Source: Lama glama
Lineage: Eukaryota
Length of the DNA: 64,000 nt
Reading direction: 5' to 3'
NCBI GenBank assembly: GCA_028534125.1
Contig: CM052817.1
Location: 86,926,001-86,990,000, forward strand
Each line of letters opens with the position of its first letter. The stretch's first letter is position 1. The position numbers and the translations under genes were made by a program. Positions 48,958 through 62,760 of the stretch are shown here, piece after piece. Under the pieces are notes generated by a model, which made no database searches, was not told where the DNA came from, and saw nothing but the letters and a program-made list of their open reading frames with translations.

Positions 48958-51364
48958 AGATGGCTGGAGTTACCAATCAACACAAGAGAAACTTATATAC
49001 ATGAAGAGATAGAATTGTATTATAGGTAAACAAATTCTGTGGCCTTCTATTAATTAATGTTTGGAATATCAAAATGCATGTTTAGAAGATAATAATATTT
49101 GATCATCAACAAGCTGGCTTGGACTTTTCCACACACTCGGGCAATCAATGATCAATTTTTTTGACATTGTGTGAAAACCACCCTTATTTATTACTGGGCT
49201 ACATAGACCACAAAGACACAGTTACAATAAAATATGCCAAGTAAAGTTAAATTAGAGAGAGAAAGTGAGAAATGAGAAAGAGAAAAATAAAAAGAATACA
49301 ATCATCTTCATTCTCCAGTAAGTTTTAAGAGACTGAGAAGCAGTTTTGATTTCTGAAGTCCATGTAGTCCTATACATATGTAAGTTAAAACAAAAAGAAA
49401 AGTAATAAAAATAAATGATTGTTGAATAATTCTAGTTAAAATACAGCAAATAATTAAATAAAGTGGAACAGTATGCCCCAGGAAGAAGTCAGAAAGAGAA
49501 GAAAGATATACATTTTATTTACAATACAGTTAATACCGAATGTTTTCATTGAGATGCCTTGGTAGATGCTTGCTTTGTTTTCACCGTTTCTTTGAAAACA
49601 TGTATGGATTTCTATGCCAGTGTTTGCAAATGTTACTCAGTTCAGAGGTGTCTCAGTGACCTGTGATCATGCACTTGTAATTATAGAAACCAGAAAGGAA
49701 ACAAGTGGCGATACCATGAACAGATCACGTGGAATCATGTGACACTGACATAACATTTCACAAATCTCTAAGACAAGGAGGCCGCACTGTGGTTATCAGT
49801 TAAGGGTATTCCTGCTGGGGTGGGAGGCAGATTTTCAACTGAAAATCAGTTACGTGGGATGAGCAGGTATTAGGTATTTTTAAAGTGTAGGTATTAACGC
49901 AGCATTTCAGTTTAAGATGTAACATTTCTTTCAACCCTCTTAATAGCAGAGGCTATTGCCTAAGTGGATCCTGCTGTCTTTAAACAAGACAACATGAAAG
50001 AAAGAAAGAGGCTTATGAGGAAGGAAATCTTATTTGTAGAAGATTCTGCTAACTTTCTCCTTATCATTCAAGTTTTACTGAGCTTGTTATCCAAGTGGGA
50101 CCTGATCTGCATTATATATTCACATTCCTAGAGAACTTTAAGTTTTTATCTTTCTATGAAATGGTAGTCTCTCTCTGCATTGCACTTTATTCTCTGTGTG
50201 ATCACTGATGATTATTATCACTATTTAAATGATATCTCTTAAGTACATTTTTTCATTAATTATGCTTATTTGGAAATCATTCTAGAAACGTGTAATATGT
50301 AAATTATAAATATTTTTTAGGGTTTCCCACCCCCCGCCCCCGTAACTTTGGCTAGTGTATTACAGTGCCAAAAGTGGGCTTGACCAATTCAAAAAAGATG
50401 CAGTTTAAATTAAACTCTCTGGTTCTTTTTGTGATACATCCATGACACTTTATAATGAAAAGGAAGAAATGTGAATAAAAATAAATACAAGACATAATAA
50501 TGATAAAAATTTGTTCATTTATCTTCCCTTTGCATCTGATTTTGAAGAATGTTTTAGGAACTATTTTTAAAGAAGTCATAACCCCTTCATGTCGGTTGGC
50601 TTGTATTCATCAACTAGTATGTGAACTTTCTTAGCAATTAATCTGATTTTCTGTTTTTTTTTAAAGTGGACCCTGAAAAAGAATAGAATTTTAGTGCAGA
50701 ACTGAGCCTTGAGAATATTCTGGTCCTTATTCTCCCCATGAAAAAGAGGAGACAAATATAGACCAACTTACGGAAGAACCTAACCCTAACCCTAACTCTT
50801 CTTACCCCGACCCTTTCTCTGGACTCTTGAGGTCTTAGTCTGTGCCAGGATATGCTTCCGGTCTTTGTGTCTTACTTTAACTTGAAATCCTGGGACTAAG
50901 TCTACTTAAACACACACAAATAAGTCACAGCATCTAGAACTTCATTTTATATTTTAAAATTTCAGTGCTCTCCCTGCCACATGCTCATTTGTAAGGATGA
51001 TTCTCACGTATAAAGCACCATAAAATTTGGACTAAGAAACCAAAGACTGTTCTGACTGTCCTTTTCTGGTTTATATTTAGAATGTTGTTTTAATATATGC
51101 ATTTTTATTCCCCTTAACAACATGTTATGTTGGCAGCGAATAAGCAAAACTAGAGTCAAACAAATATGAGTACATCTCCCAGGGAAATCAGATTTAACAA
51201 ACTGCTGCTTCACCAAGAATAGGGCTGAATAACCTGATTTTACAAAATCATTATCATCCCACCTAGTAAGTTCACCCAACGTAGCTCAACTTCAACTAAT
51301 TTATCCCAATGCTGAAAGAAAAATAAGGTAGGAAAGGGTAGTTTTAACCGTCAGTTATCCACTC

Positions 51365-51807
51365 TGTTGATGAGGGAGAGAGTGCCACGCTAGGGTTTGG
51401 GGATGGGGAACACACAACATCTGACCCTGGACAGACGGGTGAAACTGACAACAACTATTGGTCACATATTCTCCCAGCTTTGGGGGAGAAGGACACCATA
51501 CAAAACACAGGGCCAAGGGGTGAGGTTACACTCAGGGACAGAGGGGAAACCAGGGGCTAGAAGAAGCAGGTTTTGAGACGGAGGTGTTCTCCTTGGTTCT
51601 GACTGGAGGATGGGACTGGCTCGTTTGAATTCAATGGGGCTGGCCTGGAAATGAAACTCACTGATGAGGAGAATGGTTTGGCTGAGGGATCTTATCTCCA
51701 GGAGGAAAATGCGGAAGGTGAGGTTTGGTTATTTAAGGCACTCCTGGTTATGCCAGATGTCAAGGCAGTGCACAACACTGGGCCTTAATTTTCATTCTTG
51801 GACCATA
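51365..51807 (-). mobile_element. LTR, MER76-like (ERVL class); 3' LTR of the adjacent provirus
   Basis: Starts tgttgatgagggagag; contains ggggaacacacaacatctgaccctggacaga, ggtcacatattctcccagc, ggacaccat, cactcagggacagag, caaggcagtgcacaacactgggccttaatttt, as recalled for reversed MER76. Confidence 0.75.
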
Positions 51808-54800
51808 ATTAACTCTTTGATGACTTGACATCAGTTTTTACCTTGGCGATGAACTGAGATTTCTAGGGAGTAGGAAGAAGTGCCTCTTTAGGACGTGAAG
51901 CAGGCACTTGAAGAGGAGGCGGGCCACGCAGCAAGGTGGTTTTCAAAAACGTGAACTTTAGAGGCAGTCCTTTTGTGGCCGATAAAGGAAATTGAGGAAT
52001 CTGTGTGGCTTTAGTATAGGGAGTGCTTGTCCTCAGGGGATGTGGCTTCAGATTAATCTCTACCTGTGGCAATAGCAGGGCATCCATTTGCTCTCTTTGG
52101 AGCTGTTTGAGGGGGCCATTGTGCCTCAATTAAACTGCATGTCTGGGGCTTAGAAGGGACATGTAAGTTGCATTGAATGACTTCTTCAAGAGCACAATAT
52201 TGTCTGCTTTGAAAAGTGAAATGAATGCCTTGGTCACTATTAATGATCTCTGGAATTATGAAGGGATGAGGCGTGTTCAGGAGAGGCCTTGAATTAGGGG
52301 ATTGGTACAGGTAATAACAACTGTTGCCTTTATTTATAGTTTAGATCTCTGTGAGGCAAGAGATTGTCAGACTCCTTTACCTAAAAGCGGTCAATTTTTA
52401 CACAACACATAAGAATTTATAAAAATATACAGATGGGGCCATTTACTGGCCAAGGTCTCTGAGGCTAAGATGATTGTCTGATGTGTGGCCAGCTGTGCTG
52501 ACCCTTAGCTCCTGTCACTTATCAGGGACACCTTGGATTAGGAATGGAAAGCAGCAACATTCCACTGAGCTCCATCCTATATAATGGTGGCAATATGGTC
52601 CACAAAGTGTATAAACACCTATTAATGGTCACTCAATTGCTCCCAAGGGACTCTCTGGGACTGGTCTGACCTCCTCTAGCACTGTAGCACCTGGCAAAGG
52701 ATGGAGGAGAAGTGAGGCTAGCCCCTTCTGCAGGTGGGATGTGATCAGAGGGTCCAGGTTGGCTCCAGCCTCGAGAAAGGAGGCCCCAGTCACATTGCAG
52801 GGCTGGCGGAGTGCTGCTCCCATGACCTGAGGCATAATGGCCAGCTTGGTGTGGAGGAACAGGTGTCCAGGGTCTGTGAGAGACTGCTTTCAGAATTGCT
52901 GAGCGTGTGGCCAGCCATCACCACTCTAATGGTATCTGATGCAGGCCGAGGAAGGCAGTTTTTATGGCAATCCTAGGTGGTCCAGAGATGCCAGATGCCT
53001 TGAGAAGAGGTTGCTAAAGTCTCTACAGTGAAGGAAACTCTAAGACACTAATGAGAGCGCCTACTGATCTCAATTTGGACAGATTCTGGAGCCTTTGATT
53101 TGAGCGTTCCCCACTAAAGGTGGGATGATTTGCAAGTGACTGCATACATGGGCTTTGTAAATAAGTAATGCATTGCCTCCAGAACCTCCGAAGACCTAAA
53201 AGATATTGGATTTTATAAACATTGTAGATGCTGAGAAGAGTCAGTTGCTGCTTCTTGCCAGTGTCTAGATGGAGCAGACCGCAGTTTACCAGAGAATTTT
53301 CAGGAATTTAACAGAAGTGACAGGGTCCTGCACTATGTGGAGGGCAACGGGCCATCCTCTTTTTTGTGAGCTCCTTTTTGAGAATTTATATTCCTAAATG
53401 TATATGTCTGACAAACCTCCTCAGAAGACGCCATCAACGTAATATCATACCTGGGCTCCTGGAGAAGGGGGCATGCAGTTACTGTCTTAGCAGCAAAGAT
53501 CGTGTGTGACAGCCAGGCTACTGAGGTGCTCTGGGTAGCCTGAGAAAGGTGGATTGTGTTATTTTGGAGATGAGGGCAAACTGTGGCTTAGAAGTTGTTG
53601 AAATAGGCATTGAACAGAACATAGTAGACAAATCTATAATAGCAAAATATGTATTGGTTATTGATTGGGTTGAATTGGTAATTTAAAACAATAAATTGTT
53701 GGTTATGGTGGTCTTATTGGATTGGACCATAGCATTAAGGTTGTGGTAATCCACCATGAGATGCCATTCATTCTTTCCAGGATTAAGAACAGAACAAATC
53801 ATACTGTTAACTGGAGAAGCAGAGGGGATAATCACTCCTTCACTCAGTAGGTCTTTTATGTTTCAATACTTGGATGCTTTGTTTTAATTTACATTTGGTC
53901 ATATTAATTATTTTAACTGGGGAATGGGGTCCATTGGCTCCCATTTTTTCCAGGAGAATTCAGTGCCAAAGAATTACTTTAATTACAATATATTTCTTGT
54001 TATGTCCAACCATTCATGCCCACTCTAGAAGTGTGCTAAAATTAGGGAAATGGGTGCTATGACCATGGGAAATTTAGGAACATTAATAGTTTGGTGATTA
54101 AAGTGGTGCTTACTGATTTGTCCTTTATTTTGTATTCAGTGATTCCTCTAACATTATAAGTGGTATTATATTTAAATTTAGTGGGATCCAATGTATAACT
54201 GTCACTTAAGTCCCAGTATTGATTAAATCCAGAAGAGTTTGCCATTTGGTACATTTGAACAGACATTAATTAATTCAGAACCTATGTTACAGAGGCACAA
54301 AAGCCAGTTAGCGGTGTTCTTATCTTTTTGTTATATTCTTTTAGTAAGTTTTGGATTTCTAAGGCCAAATTCTACACATTTGTTTTAACTTTTTTGTTTT
54401 CTCTCTTTATAACCAAGATTCAGTCCTTCCTTCCTACTTCCTTCCTTTCTTTTTTTCTTCCTTTTGCCACTGGATTCATTTGATGGTGGTGGTAGTAGTG
54501 GAGATTCTTTGTATCCTGCTCTTATGTATGAGATTTTCACTCGAAAAGCTTTAAACCAGTATCATCAGTATTATAACCTCCCCCAAGGCAATGGCTGCAT
54601 TATAGAATTTCAGGAGTCCCTTTGCTTTGCCATAGGGGTGTCAGGGGTGTTTTTCCTTATTATCCTAAGAATTAGGATCTTTGTTGCAACAGAGAAACAG
54701 TCAACAGAGTGGCACATTAGAAGGGTTCTGGGCCCCAAACCCAGAGGTCATTGTTCAAAATCAGCCTCTGTTATACCCCTATGGGCTTGCCTGCCTGTCT

Positions 54801-54864
54801 TTCTTTCTTCCTTCCTTCCTTCCTCCATCCCTCCCTCTTTCTTTCTTTCTTTTTTTTTTCTTTC

Positions 54865-54919
<55 letters not shown>

Positions 54920-54937
54920 CTCTCTCTCTTTCTTTCT

Positions 54938-54989
<52 letters not shown>

Positions 54990-56214
54990 TCCTTCTTTCC
55001 TTCTTTCCTTCTTTCTTTCCTTCTTTCTTCCTTCCTTCCTTTCTTCATTTCTTCCTTTCTTCATTTCTTTCCTCTTTCTCTTTGTGTAATTTTCTCAGAA
55101 TATTTTGGATTTATAGTCATGTAAAATAGATATGGCTTTCAGTTTCTGTCTCCATCTGATCACTCTTGGGGCAGACCTTCTGGGCTGCTGAGGGGAAAGA
55201 GTTTGGGAGCTGAGCTATCTCAGCTATCTTCTCCTCCCGGGAGTATCAGGCAGTGTTCCCGGGGTCAGGGTCCACCTCCAGGAAGGTTTTTATGTTGACA
55301 GTGCTGGCTGGGCAATTAAGCCATGCGATCAGATTAGCCTTTGGACCTAGTACTCAGCAGCTCTAACAAAAGCCCAGGCACGTGGATCAGGGGCTTTTTA
55401 TTGGAAGAGCAGTTGTGTCACCACCTCCGTTGCTTCAAGAGGGGTTGGTACCCAATGCTCCTTCCACTTCTCATTATTATTGTTTTATTTTATCATTGCC
55501 TGGGCCATAGGTTTCCAAGGTTAAGTACCTTGATACCCTTGGTGGGGTCGGGAGAACACACAGGACAGCAGCATGGGAAACGGTAGCACAGGTAGCTAGC
55601 TACCTGGCCTGAATGGTTCTTGTTAGATGATTTGGATGCCCTGCTTAATTATTCCTAGGGCGGTGATCTCCATTTCCACAAAATTCACAGTGCACCACCC
55701 CTGGGTTCCTTCTGAGGGTGTACAATCACAAATAATGTCCATATGGCTGCCCTAAGCAGCTAGTGATGGATACCAGGTTAGACACAGTGACCAGAGAGTT
55801 CTAGCTCATCCATGGTAAGGGGAATTCAAGCACCAACCGACCGGTTAAGGTGCTGTGTTGCCTCTTTGTTTAAAGGCAGGAGTCCCAGAGATCCCCTCCC
55901 CCCACCGCCAAAAACAGACTGAATCTGAAAGCACACCATGCCTACGTTTAGTCAATTAACAACTCTTCTCCTCTTGAGGACAAGAACATTTTAGGGTGGG
56001 AAGAAAAGGCAACACCAGATACAGACAACACAGTGCTCAACAGACCAAAGCACAGGTCCACTCCACCAGCAATCAGCGGCTGAATCCGAGGCAGCCTTCC
56101 CTGTATCATGAAACCACTGAGCTATTGAAGAGCAGTTGATTCAGGCTGACTGAGCGTCCTTGGTCATTGTTGGACCATTCTGTCAAAAGTTACTTTCCTT
56201 GACTCCTGTTCACT
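51808..56214 (-). mobile_element. Decayed ERVL-class (class III) retroviral internal region: leader-gag-pro-pol, no env seen
   Basis: Minus-strand translations. Protease-like LINTGT*VTVI (54226 downward). RT ASPVNSMICSVLNPGKNEWHLMVDYHNLNAMV (53820 downward) and NTYFAIIDLSTMFCSMPISTTSKPQFALISKITQSTFLRLPR (53655-53530). YYVDG at the YxDD position (about 53430-53445). Integrase-like LHVPSKPQTCSLIE/HNGPLKQL (about 52170-52100). Stops and frameshifts throughout. Confidence 0.9.
54798..55083. repeat. Compound (TTTC)n/(TTCC)n microsatellite inside the ERV gag region
   Basis: About 285 bp pyrimidine tetranucleotide repeat. Confidence 0.97.
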
Positions 56215-56279
56215 CTATGGGTGAGGGAAGGATTCCTACCCTAAAGTCAGGGGGATGGAGAGGACCAAAATCTCTGAGA

Positions 56280-57780
56280 ACTCCTGAAGAATTTCAGGTT
56301 TTGATCAGGCTTGATTCAAGCCAAATTTGTCAGAAGTTAAGCTTAGATTTTTTGAAAGGTTTTTTATATCGTCTTCTGAAGTAGAACATTTTCATAAATA
56401 AACTTTTCATGAGTGCAGTTTCCCCAACATCTTTGGAAACTTATGAGAAGATCTTTGTCATCAAGTTCTGAAATTACATAGCATCCTGTCATTTGATGTG
56501 TAACTATTTTAAATCGTATTGTAGGTACTTAGTAACTCTTTCAATCTAAATGCAAGCTTTTCAGTTTTTGGAAAAAGTTTTGGATTATTTCTTTCATCAT
56601 TTCTTACCCTTATTTTCTTCATCTTTTTTGGTTCCTTATTTGGAAGCTGAAACTCCTCCACCAACCTACCAATTTTCTTCACTTTTTCTTTCCTATTTTC
56701 TATATTTTAAAAAACTACTTTCTGGGAGATTTTCTCATGTTTATCTTCCAAGCTTCTATTGAGCTTTTTATTTAATTATTTTATTATTATTTTGAACCCG
56801 AGTTCTTTTTGTTTTCTGAATATTCCTATTTTAAGCTATTTTGAACTGTTTTTCATGTATGCAATATTTTCTCTTATTCATCTCAAGGTATTGATGATGG
56901 TCTGTATTACATTTTATTTTCCCTGAATAGTGTCTCTTTCCAAGAATTATAGAAGAGATTTTTTTTGCAAATGTCTTGTGATACCTGGCTGCCTGCTCAT
57001 ATTTAACAACAGTATTTGAAAAAAAAATGCTAAAGGCAAACACTCTGCTTGTTTGGAGGGCCTGTGGAGTATCTTTGTCTGTAGGATGATCTGTCTGGAC
57101 CATTTGATTAAGAAATCCCCCATATCAGTATGTTAGATATATTTTTCTTCTTGGGCTAGTTAATACAAAGAGAAGTATTTTGGGGGTTTCTGCCAGGAGG
57201 TATAAGCTTGGGCAATGGCATTCTGAAAGCTAGCTGGGAAAAGATGCACGATTCAAAATTTCTTGGTATGATCATCTCACATTAGACGTGCCTGCTGTCT
57301 TCCAATCTAGGCATCTCTGTTTTAACCTCCTTGAGAATAAATCTCGTGTCTTCTAGCCAGAGGGGATAATCGATCAGCTACACGTACTGTCGATGAGAGT
57401 AAGTTGGAAGTCTAAATGCTTCTTAATGACATTTTTGATCCTTTTTATTTTTATATTCACTCCCACTTCAGAACTAATTTGTTCTATCAATTCCTAAGCC
57501 TTCAGAATTTTCAGTGGGATAAATCAGTTATCTTCTTTATGCTCTAAACTTCCAGCTAAAGATTACATATTTTCAAAGCTACTAAGTCAATTATAACTTA
57601 CTGATCTACTTCCAAACTTAGAAAATGTTGTCACGGTTGTTTCCCTCACTTGTTTATTTGTCTTTTATTTGCTCTTGTACGTTTAAAATTTTCTTTTTAA
57701 TCTCAGTGAAGTTTTAGGAAGAGGGAAGGTTAGTGCCTGAATTCACCTCTTCTCTGTCTTCAACTGGAAGCTTGAAAATG
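56280..57780 (-). mobile_element. Old L1M fragment(s), boundaries approximate
   Basis: T-rich degenerate sequence with motifs such as tcttccaagcttctattgagcttttta, ttctttttgttttctgaatattcc and gatacctggctgcctgctcatattta, typical of antisense ancient L1 5'/ORF1 regions. Confidence 0.5.
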
Positions 57781-58826
57781 AAATTTGAGCATAATGAGCA
57801 AAGGCTTACAAATCTGACAGAGAATGTCGTGAAGATTCATTAGATTACTGAGGGTTTGTGAGATTCTTGCTAGCGTATTTTTTGTTGTTGTTAAGGCTAC
57901 ATAGAAAGCAGTGATATGTTTGCTATTAGGTCACATTTAGAAATTGATAATCTAAATTTAAAATTTAAATACTTCCTTTCAAATCAATAGATGAGATCAT
58001 AAAACATGATATGTAATCCCATTTTCCCCAAATGCGACTATTACAATAATTTATTTTTCACTTTTGATTAGTAACAACTTTATCCTTGAGAGCGAGTGGA
58101 ATTTTAGATCAACAATGTTAACATCAAATACGTGATATGCATTGCGATATCTGATATTGATTAGAATGGTGAGTATTTACACAACTGTCTTTAAGGTTAT
58201 AATTACACATGAAAATACAATTTAAACCCCAATAGAGCTTTTCTCTCATTACATTGGTTTATTCACCATATTACTCTGCTTTGAATAGTGCCTGAAATTA
58301 GCGTCCAAATAGTATCAGGCGACTTGCAAGCTTCAGTACTTGAGGTCAATTTAATTACACTGTGCATGACAGAAACGAGGCCATTTGGGTATTGCCTTTG
58401 CCACCAGCAATTGACACCTGAGTGTTAATGAGCTGGTAATTAAGAGCTGGCACACACAGACACATTTTACTGTTTGGGACTAGGATAACCATATGCTACA
58501 TAACTTCGGTGCTAAGTATTTTGTTAGCTCCAGAATTTACACAATTATGCTTGTAAGGTTTTTTTATATCTCAGTTTTCTCATGGTAAAAAAAAGATAAA
58601 AACAGTTATTTTAAAGATTTAACTAACTGTACTCATCATTTTCAAGTTATGAAACTTTCTAAAACTAGCAAGATTATCATTGGAGAGGAAATATTTGCGA
58701 AGAAATAGAACTGCAAAATTTTTGTAGTAGCAATTACTTTTAGTTTAAAACCACATTTACATTTATTTTGAAAAGTCTTTTGTAATATTAAAAAGTACCA
58801 AAAGCAACTTAGTATGAGTGTATATA

Positions 58827-59331
58827 TGTGGAGTAGGCAGCCTCTGGGATGGCCCATAATGATTTCCATCTCCTGGTATTTACGCCATGAGTAGTCCCCT
58901 TCGTTTGAAGTTAGGTGGGATACATTCTATTCTTCTAAGGAATAGAATGTGGTAGAGTGAGGGAATGTCACTTCTCATATTAGTTCTAAAAAGGTTATGA
59001 CTTCCATCTTGGGGAATGTCTTGTGCTCTCTCTCGTTCTCTTGTGGACTGCTTGTGGAGATGTCATGAGGACAGTTTTGTGGTGAGACCAATGTGGCCAG
59101 AGATCAAGTCCTATCAACAACCATGAGAGTGAGCTTGGAAGCAAGACCCTCTCCCTCAACTTGAAGAAGCCATGTCTTCAAAGGAGATCATGGTTCCTTG
59201 ACTGCAGTCTCAAGAGAGGCCACAGCCAGAGGCATCTGGTTATGCTGCACTAAGGATTGTGCGCCACACAAATTGTGAGATGATAGTGTGTTTTGGGGTA
59301 TATTGTTACATGGTAACAGATAACTAACACA
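58827..59331 (+). mobile_element. MLT1-family (ERVL-MaLR) solo LTR
   Basis: tgtggagtaggcagcctctgggatggcccataatgattt...ctcctggtatt start; caacaaccatgagagtgagcttggaagca middle; ttttggggtatattgttacatggtaacagataactaacaca end. Confidence 0.88.
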
Positions 59332-61589
59332 CTGTGTAAGTGAGAATCCTATTGTCTGCTACAGCAATATGAAGTATTGATTTTTCTGGTGTGATGTGGC
59401 CATTTTCACAGATAACTCGTGTAATGTACTTGCTCTGTTTCTTTGATGTCCTTCTCAATTTTCAGTTCTCCGTTCCTCTTCTCCTCCCTACCTTGCCAAA
59501 AAGTGCCCATCACTTCTGGATTAATCTTCTATTGGCTTTTAAAAAAACTGTTCTTATCAGATTAAAAAAAGTATTAACTTTTAGTGAATTTCAGTTGTGG
59601 GAATTACTTCTAATTTTCTTTTTTGAAAGAGTTTGCTTTTCCATCCAACCCTCTGTAGGACATACAGCCTTTTATATGCAGATTGGTATAATTACGCTTT
59701 GAAATAGCTTTGAATTCCCTGTAGCTGAAACTGAGAACATGAAAGGCCAAATGTTATATCAAACTGAAGGATATAAAAGTGCACGCACATCAATCCAAAA
59801 TGAGATATAGAAATGAACAGCTCTTTACACAGTGATGTCAGTTTTTGACAGATTATTGAAGGATCTTTATAACTGCTGAGACTGCCTTGGGTTGGATGAA
59901 ACCTCTGCCTGGGGATAACCTTATCAGTTTGTATTTTTTATTCTTTCGATACCAAAAGGTGAGTAGATGTTAAGTGAAACAAGAGAAATACTCTCTGACA
60001 AAAGCTTTAAGTCTCTTCCCCAAAGATGACACCTGGCCCCGAATTGTAAAACACAGTGCGATCTGGTGATGGGATCATCAGGCTACAGATGGCAGCCTAG
60101 ATGAGGAGGTTACATTTTAGGAAGTTGATAGAGAACCCACGTGGCAATCTTCACCTCCGAGAGATCACAGTAACAGACAAGGGCCTCTTCTGCTCTGGAG
60201 GAGAGTTTATTGTGCCGGTGACAGACCCGCCAGGAGGATTTAAAGCACCTACATTCTTTCTTATCACCAACAGGAAGATAAAAGAAACACAGTGGATTTT
60301 TGTATGTTTAAAACCTTGACATTGACACTATTTATTTAAAAACAGATTAAAAAAAAAACCCCTAACGTTATGCTGAAAGTGTATGTCCTGTGAACATTTA
60401 CTACATCCTCTGCTTTAAGTAAATTACCTCTTAGAATTGTTCTTTTGTATCAAGCATGAATAAAATTTTTTTCCTACCTAAAAGGCATATCGTCTCCTGA
60501 AATTATAATACAAGCAAAAGAATAGAATATCCACTCTATTTGGTTTGTCAAGCAGAAAGAAATATATCTCAAAACTGAAGACAAAAAGGCCCTAAAATTC
60601 TGGTGCTTCTAGAATGTGCAGATATTAAGGAGGTATAATTGAAATCAGAGCAAGAGGGGCATAAAACTTTTTAAACAAAATATACACTTTGAAATTAATA
60701 CTGATTAAAGTAGAAGTGAGTAGGTGATGCGTATAATATTTATGTATTCAGCCTAGGCTAGGACATTTTACCGTGTTTGGCACTTTGCAAAGCACACCAC
60801 TTATTAATTTGCAAAGTATGTATAGAAAGAAATGATGATAACTCAAGTAGTAGTTAAGAAAAATATAATTACTAATTAGCTCTGACACTGCAATAAAAAA
60901 ATCTACTAAAATGCCTCTTTTCTGAAATAATCAGCAAGGATTTGAAAAAAATTCAAAGGCTTTAAACATATAACTCAATGCATACATTGGGTTAGTATCA
61001 CTCCCCCTTAACTTTCATACTATGGGAAATAGATGGACAATATGTAAGGATAGCACGATGATTCTGAAATTGTTTCAAACTGGATTTTATTTTAGCTCTA
61101 CTACTTAAAATGATGTGACCCTGGTCAAGTTTTGCAGTTAACTTGGAGACGCAAATCAGTTCTCATATCTAAATTAGGGTCATGAAATGAATTTTAGTTG
61201 GAAAAGATGTCAAACAAAACAATCTCCAGCTTAAAGAGAGAATCTTTTACAGAGAGATTTGGAAAGGGGGACATACTCATCCCATAACTTCACATGAAAT
61301 TTCCTGGTCAGGGAAAGTTTTGGGTAGAAATAAAAAACAAGCAATACTCCCCACTCCACCTCCACCCACAACACTCTGAACAGACTACAAAAATGCTTCT
61401 AGTTATTAGTGATAGGGAATAGTAGCTTCTAAGGTACACTGGCAGGTGTTGTTACAAGAAATCTTCTCTTGACATAGATGATAAAAAAGCATCTCTACTA
61501 TGATTTATATACAATTCCAAACTCTAGGACAAACCAAGATAAGCATATTGGACTCACATTAAAATCCAAACCATAATAGTTCTAAAGTT

Positions 61590-61770
61590 ACAGTGAATGC
61601 TAATGTTTATTGAGTTTTCCATCTGTGACAAGTACTGTGTTGGTTATCACAACACTTATATAGAAAGATGATATTTTACACCCATTTTCAGATTATGAAC
61701 TAAGAGAAGCATAATTCTTAATTGCAAGGCTAGTGAGTGTTGGGAGATAACGTCTGCCTTCAGGACCCCT
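61590..61770 (-). mobile_element. MIR SINE
   Basis: gctaatgtttattgagttttccatctgtgacaagtactgtg...cccattttcagattatgaactaag...ctagtgagtg. Confidence 0.7.
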
Positions 61771-62069
61771 GTTGCTAGCTACCTTAAATAGTATGGGAAT
61801 AAGATCAAATAAAATGAGGCAATTAAGCAAATAACGCTTCATTAGAAATGTGCAAAATAGAAAGATCTATTATATACTGAATTTTAAAGACAAACTATTT
61901 TTAGATCCATAAATTCCTCTCTCATTTAAAAGGCATAGCCTTGTGGTTTAAACAAAGCTTATGGTGCAAGTATTAGAAATGATAACAAAAATTAAAATTT
62001 CTATTGTAGCTTGTATGCTTTTCCTGACATCTTCAAGCTATAATAGTATATCTCACATTATACTGAGCA

Positions 62070-62113
62070 TGTGTGTGTGTGTGTGTGTGTGTGTGTTTGT
62101 GTGTCTGTGTGTG
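62070..62113. repeat. (TG)n microsatellite, imperfect
   Basis: Directly visible TG run with two interruptions. Confidence 0.95.
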
Positions 62114-62549
62114 CATGTGCAAAATGAGATAGGGACTGGATGGTCACAATATTGAAGACAAATAAGATAGTGTAGAACAGTGTACATTGGAGTAAGATGG
62201 AGTTTAGAGAGATCTTTGTCTAAAATTCTAAAGTACTCTCCATGAATCCTTGCTTAGTTTCGTTAGATTGAAAGTGGAGAGAAAGGGAGAGGTAGAGGAT
62301 TTTTCATTTTCCAGTGGACATTCAGCCTCGTATGCCCAACAATTGACTATGAAAATCCTTTTTTTCCCCTACAAACTTACATTTCAAAAATGAGAGTTTG
62401 GAGGCATATAATTTGGGAAATGTTGATTTACCATTTCACATACTTTGCAGAAGAGGAAAATTAAGCCTTGAGGGGTATGACTTAAACTCGCATTGCAGAC
62501 TAGTAGCAGAAGTGAACTATACACAGGCAGTGCATTTTATATACACGTC

Positions 62550-62760
62550 AAACTCAGGTTATGACATTAGATGGCTTGGGTTAAAATCCACTTTATAATA
62601 CTTTAAATCTGTGTGACTTTTGAAAACTCACTTAACCAATCTGTTTTCAATTTTCTTCTTTGTAATTTGCAACTAATGACTAACTTCCCCCACTGAATTA
62701 TTTGCACATTCTGTGCTTTAATTCATATGAAATTCGTATTATTGAACATACAATAAGTGT
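62550..62760 (+). mobile_element. MIR SINE
   Basis: gacattagatggcttgggttaaaatcc...ctgtgtgactttt...cacttaaccaatctgttttcaattttcttctttgtaa. Confidence 0.7.

Noticed and set aside
54464..55129. 221-aa and overlapping ORFs
   Set aside because: Open only because of the TTTC repeat; antisense to decayed gag.
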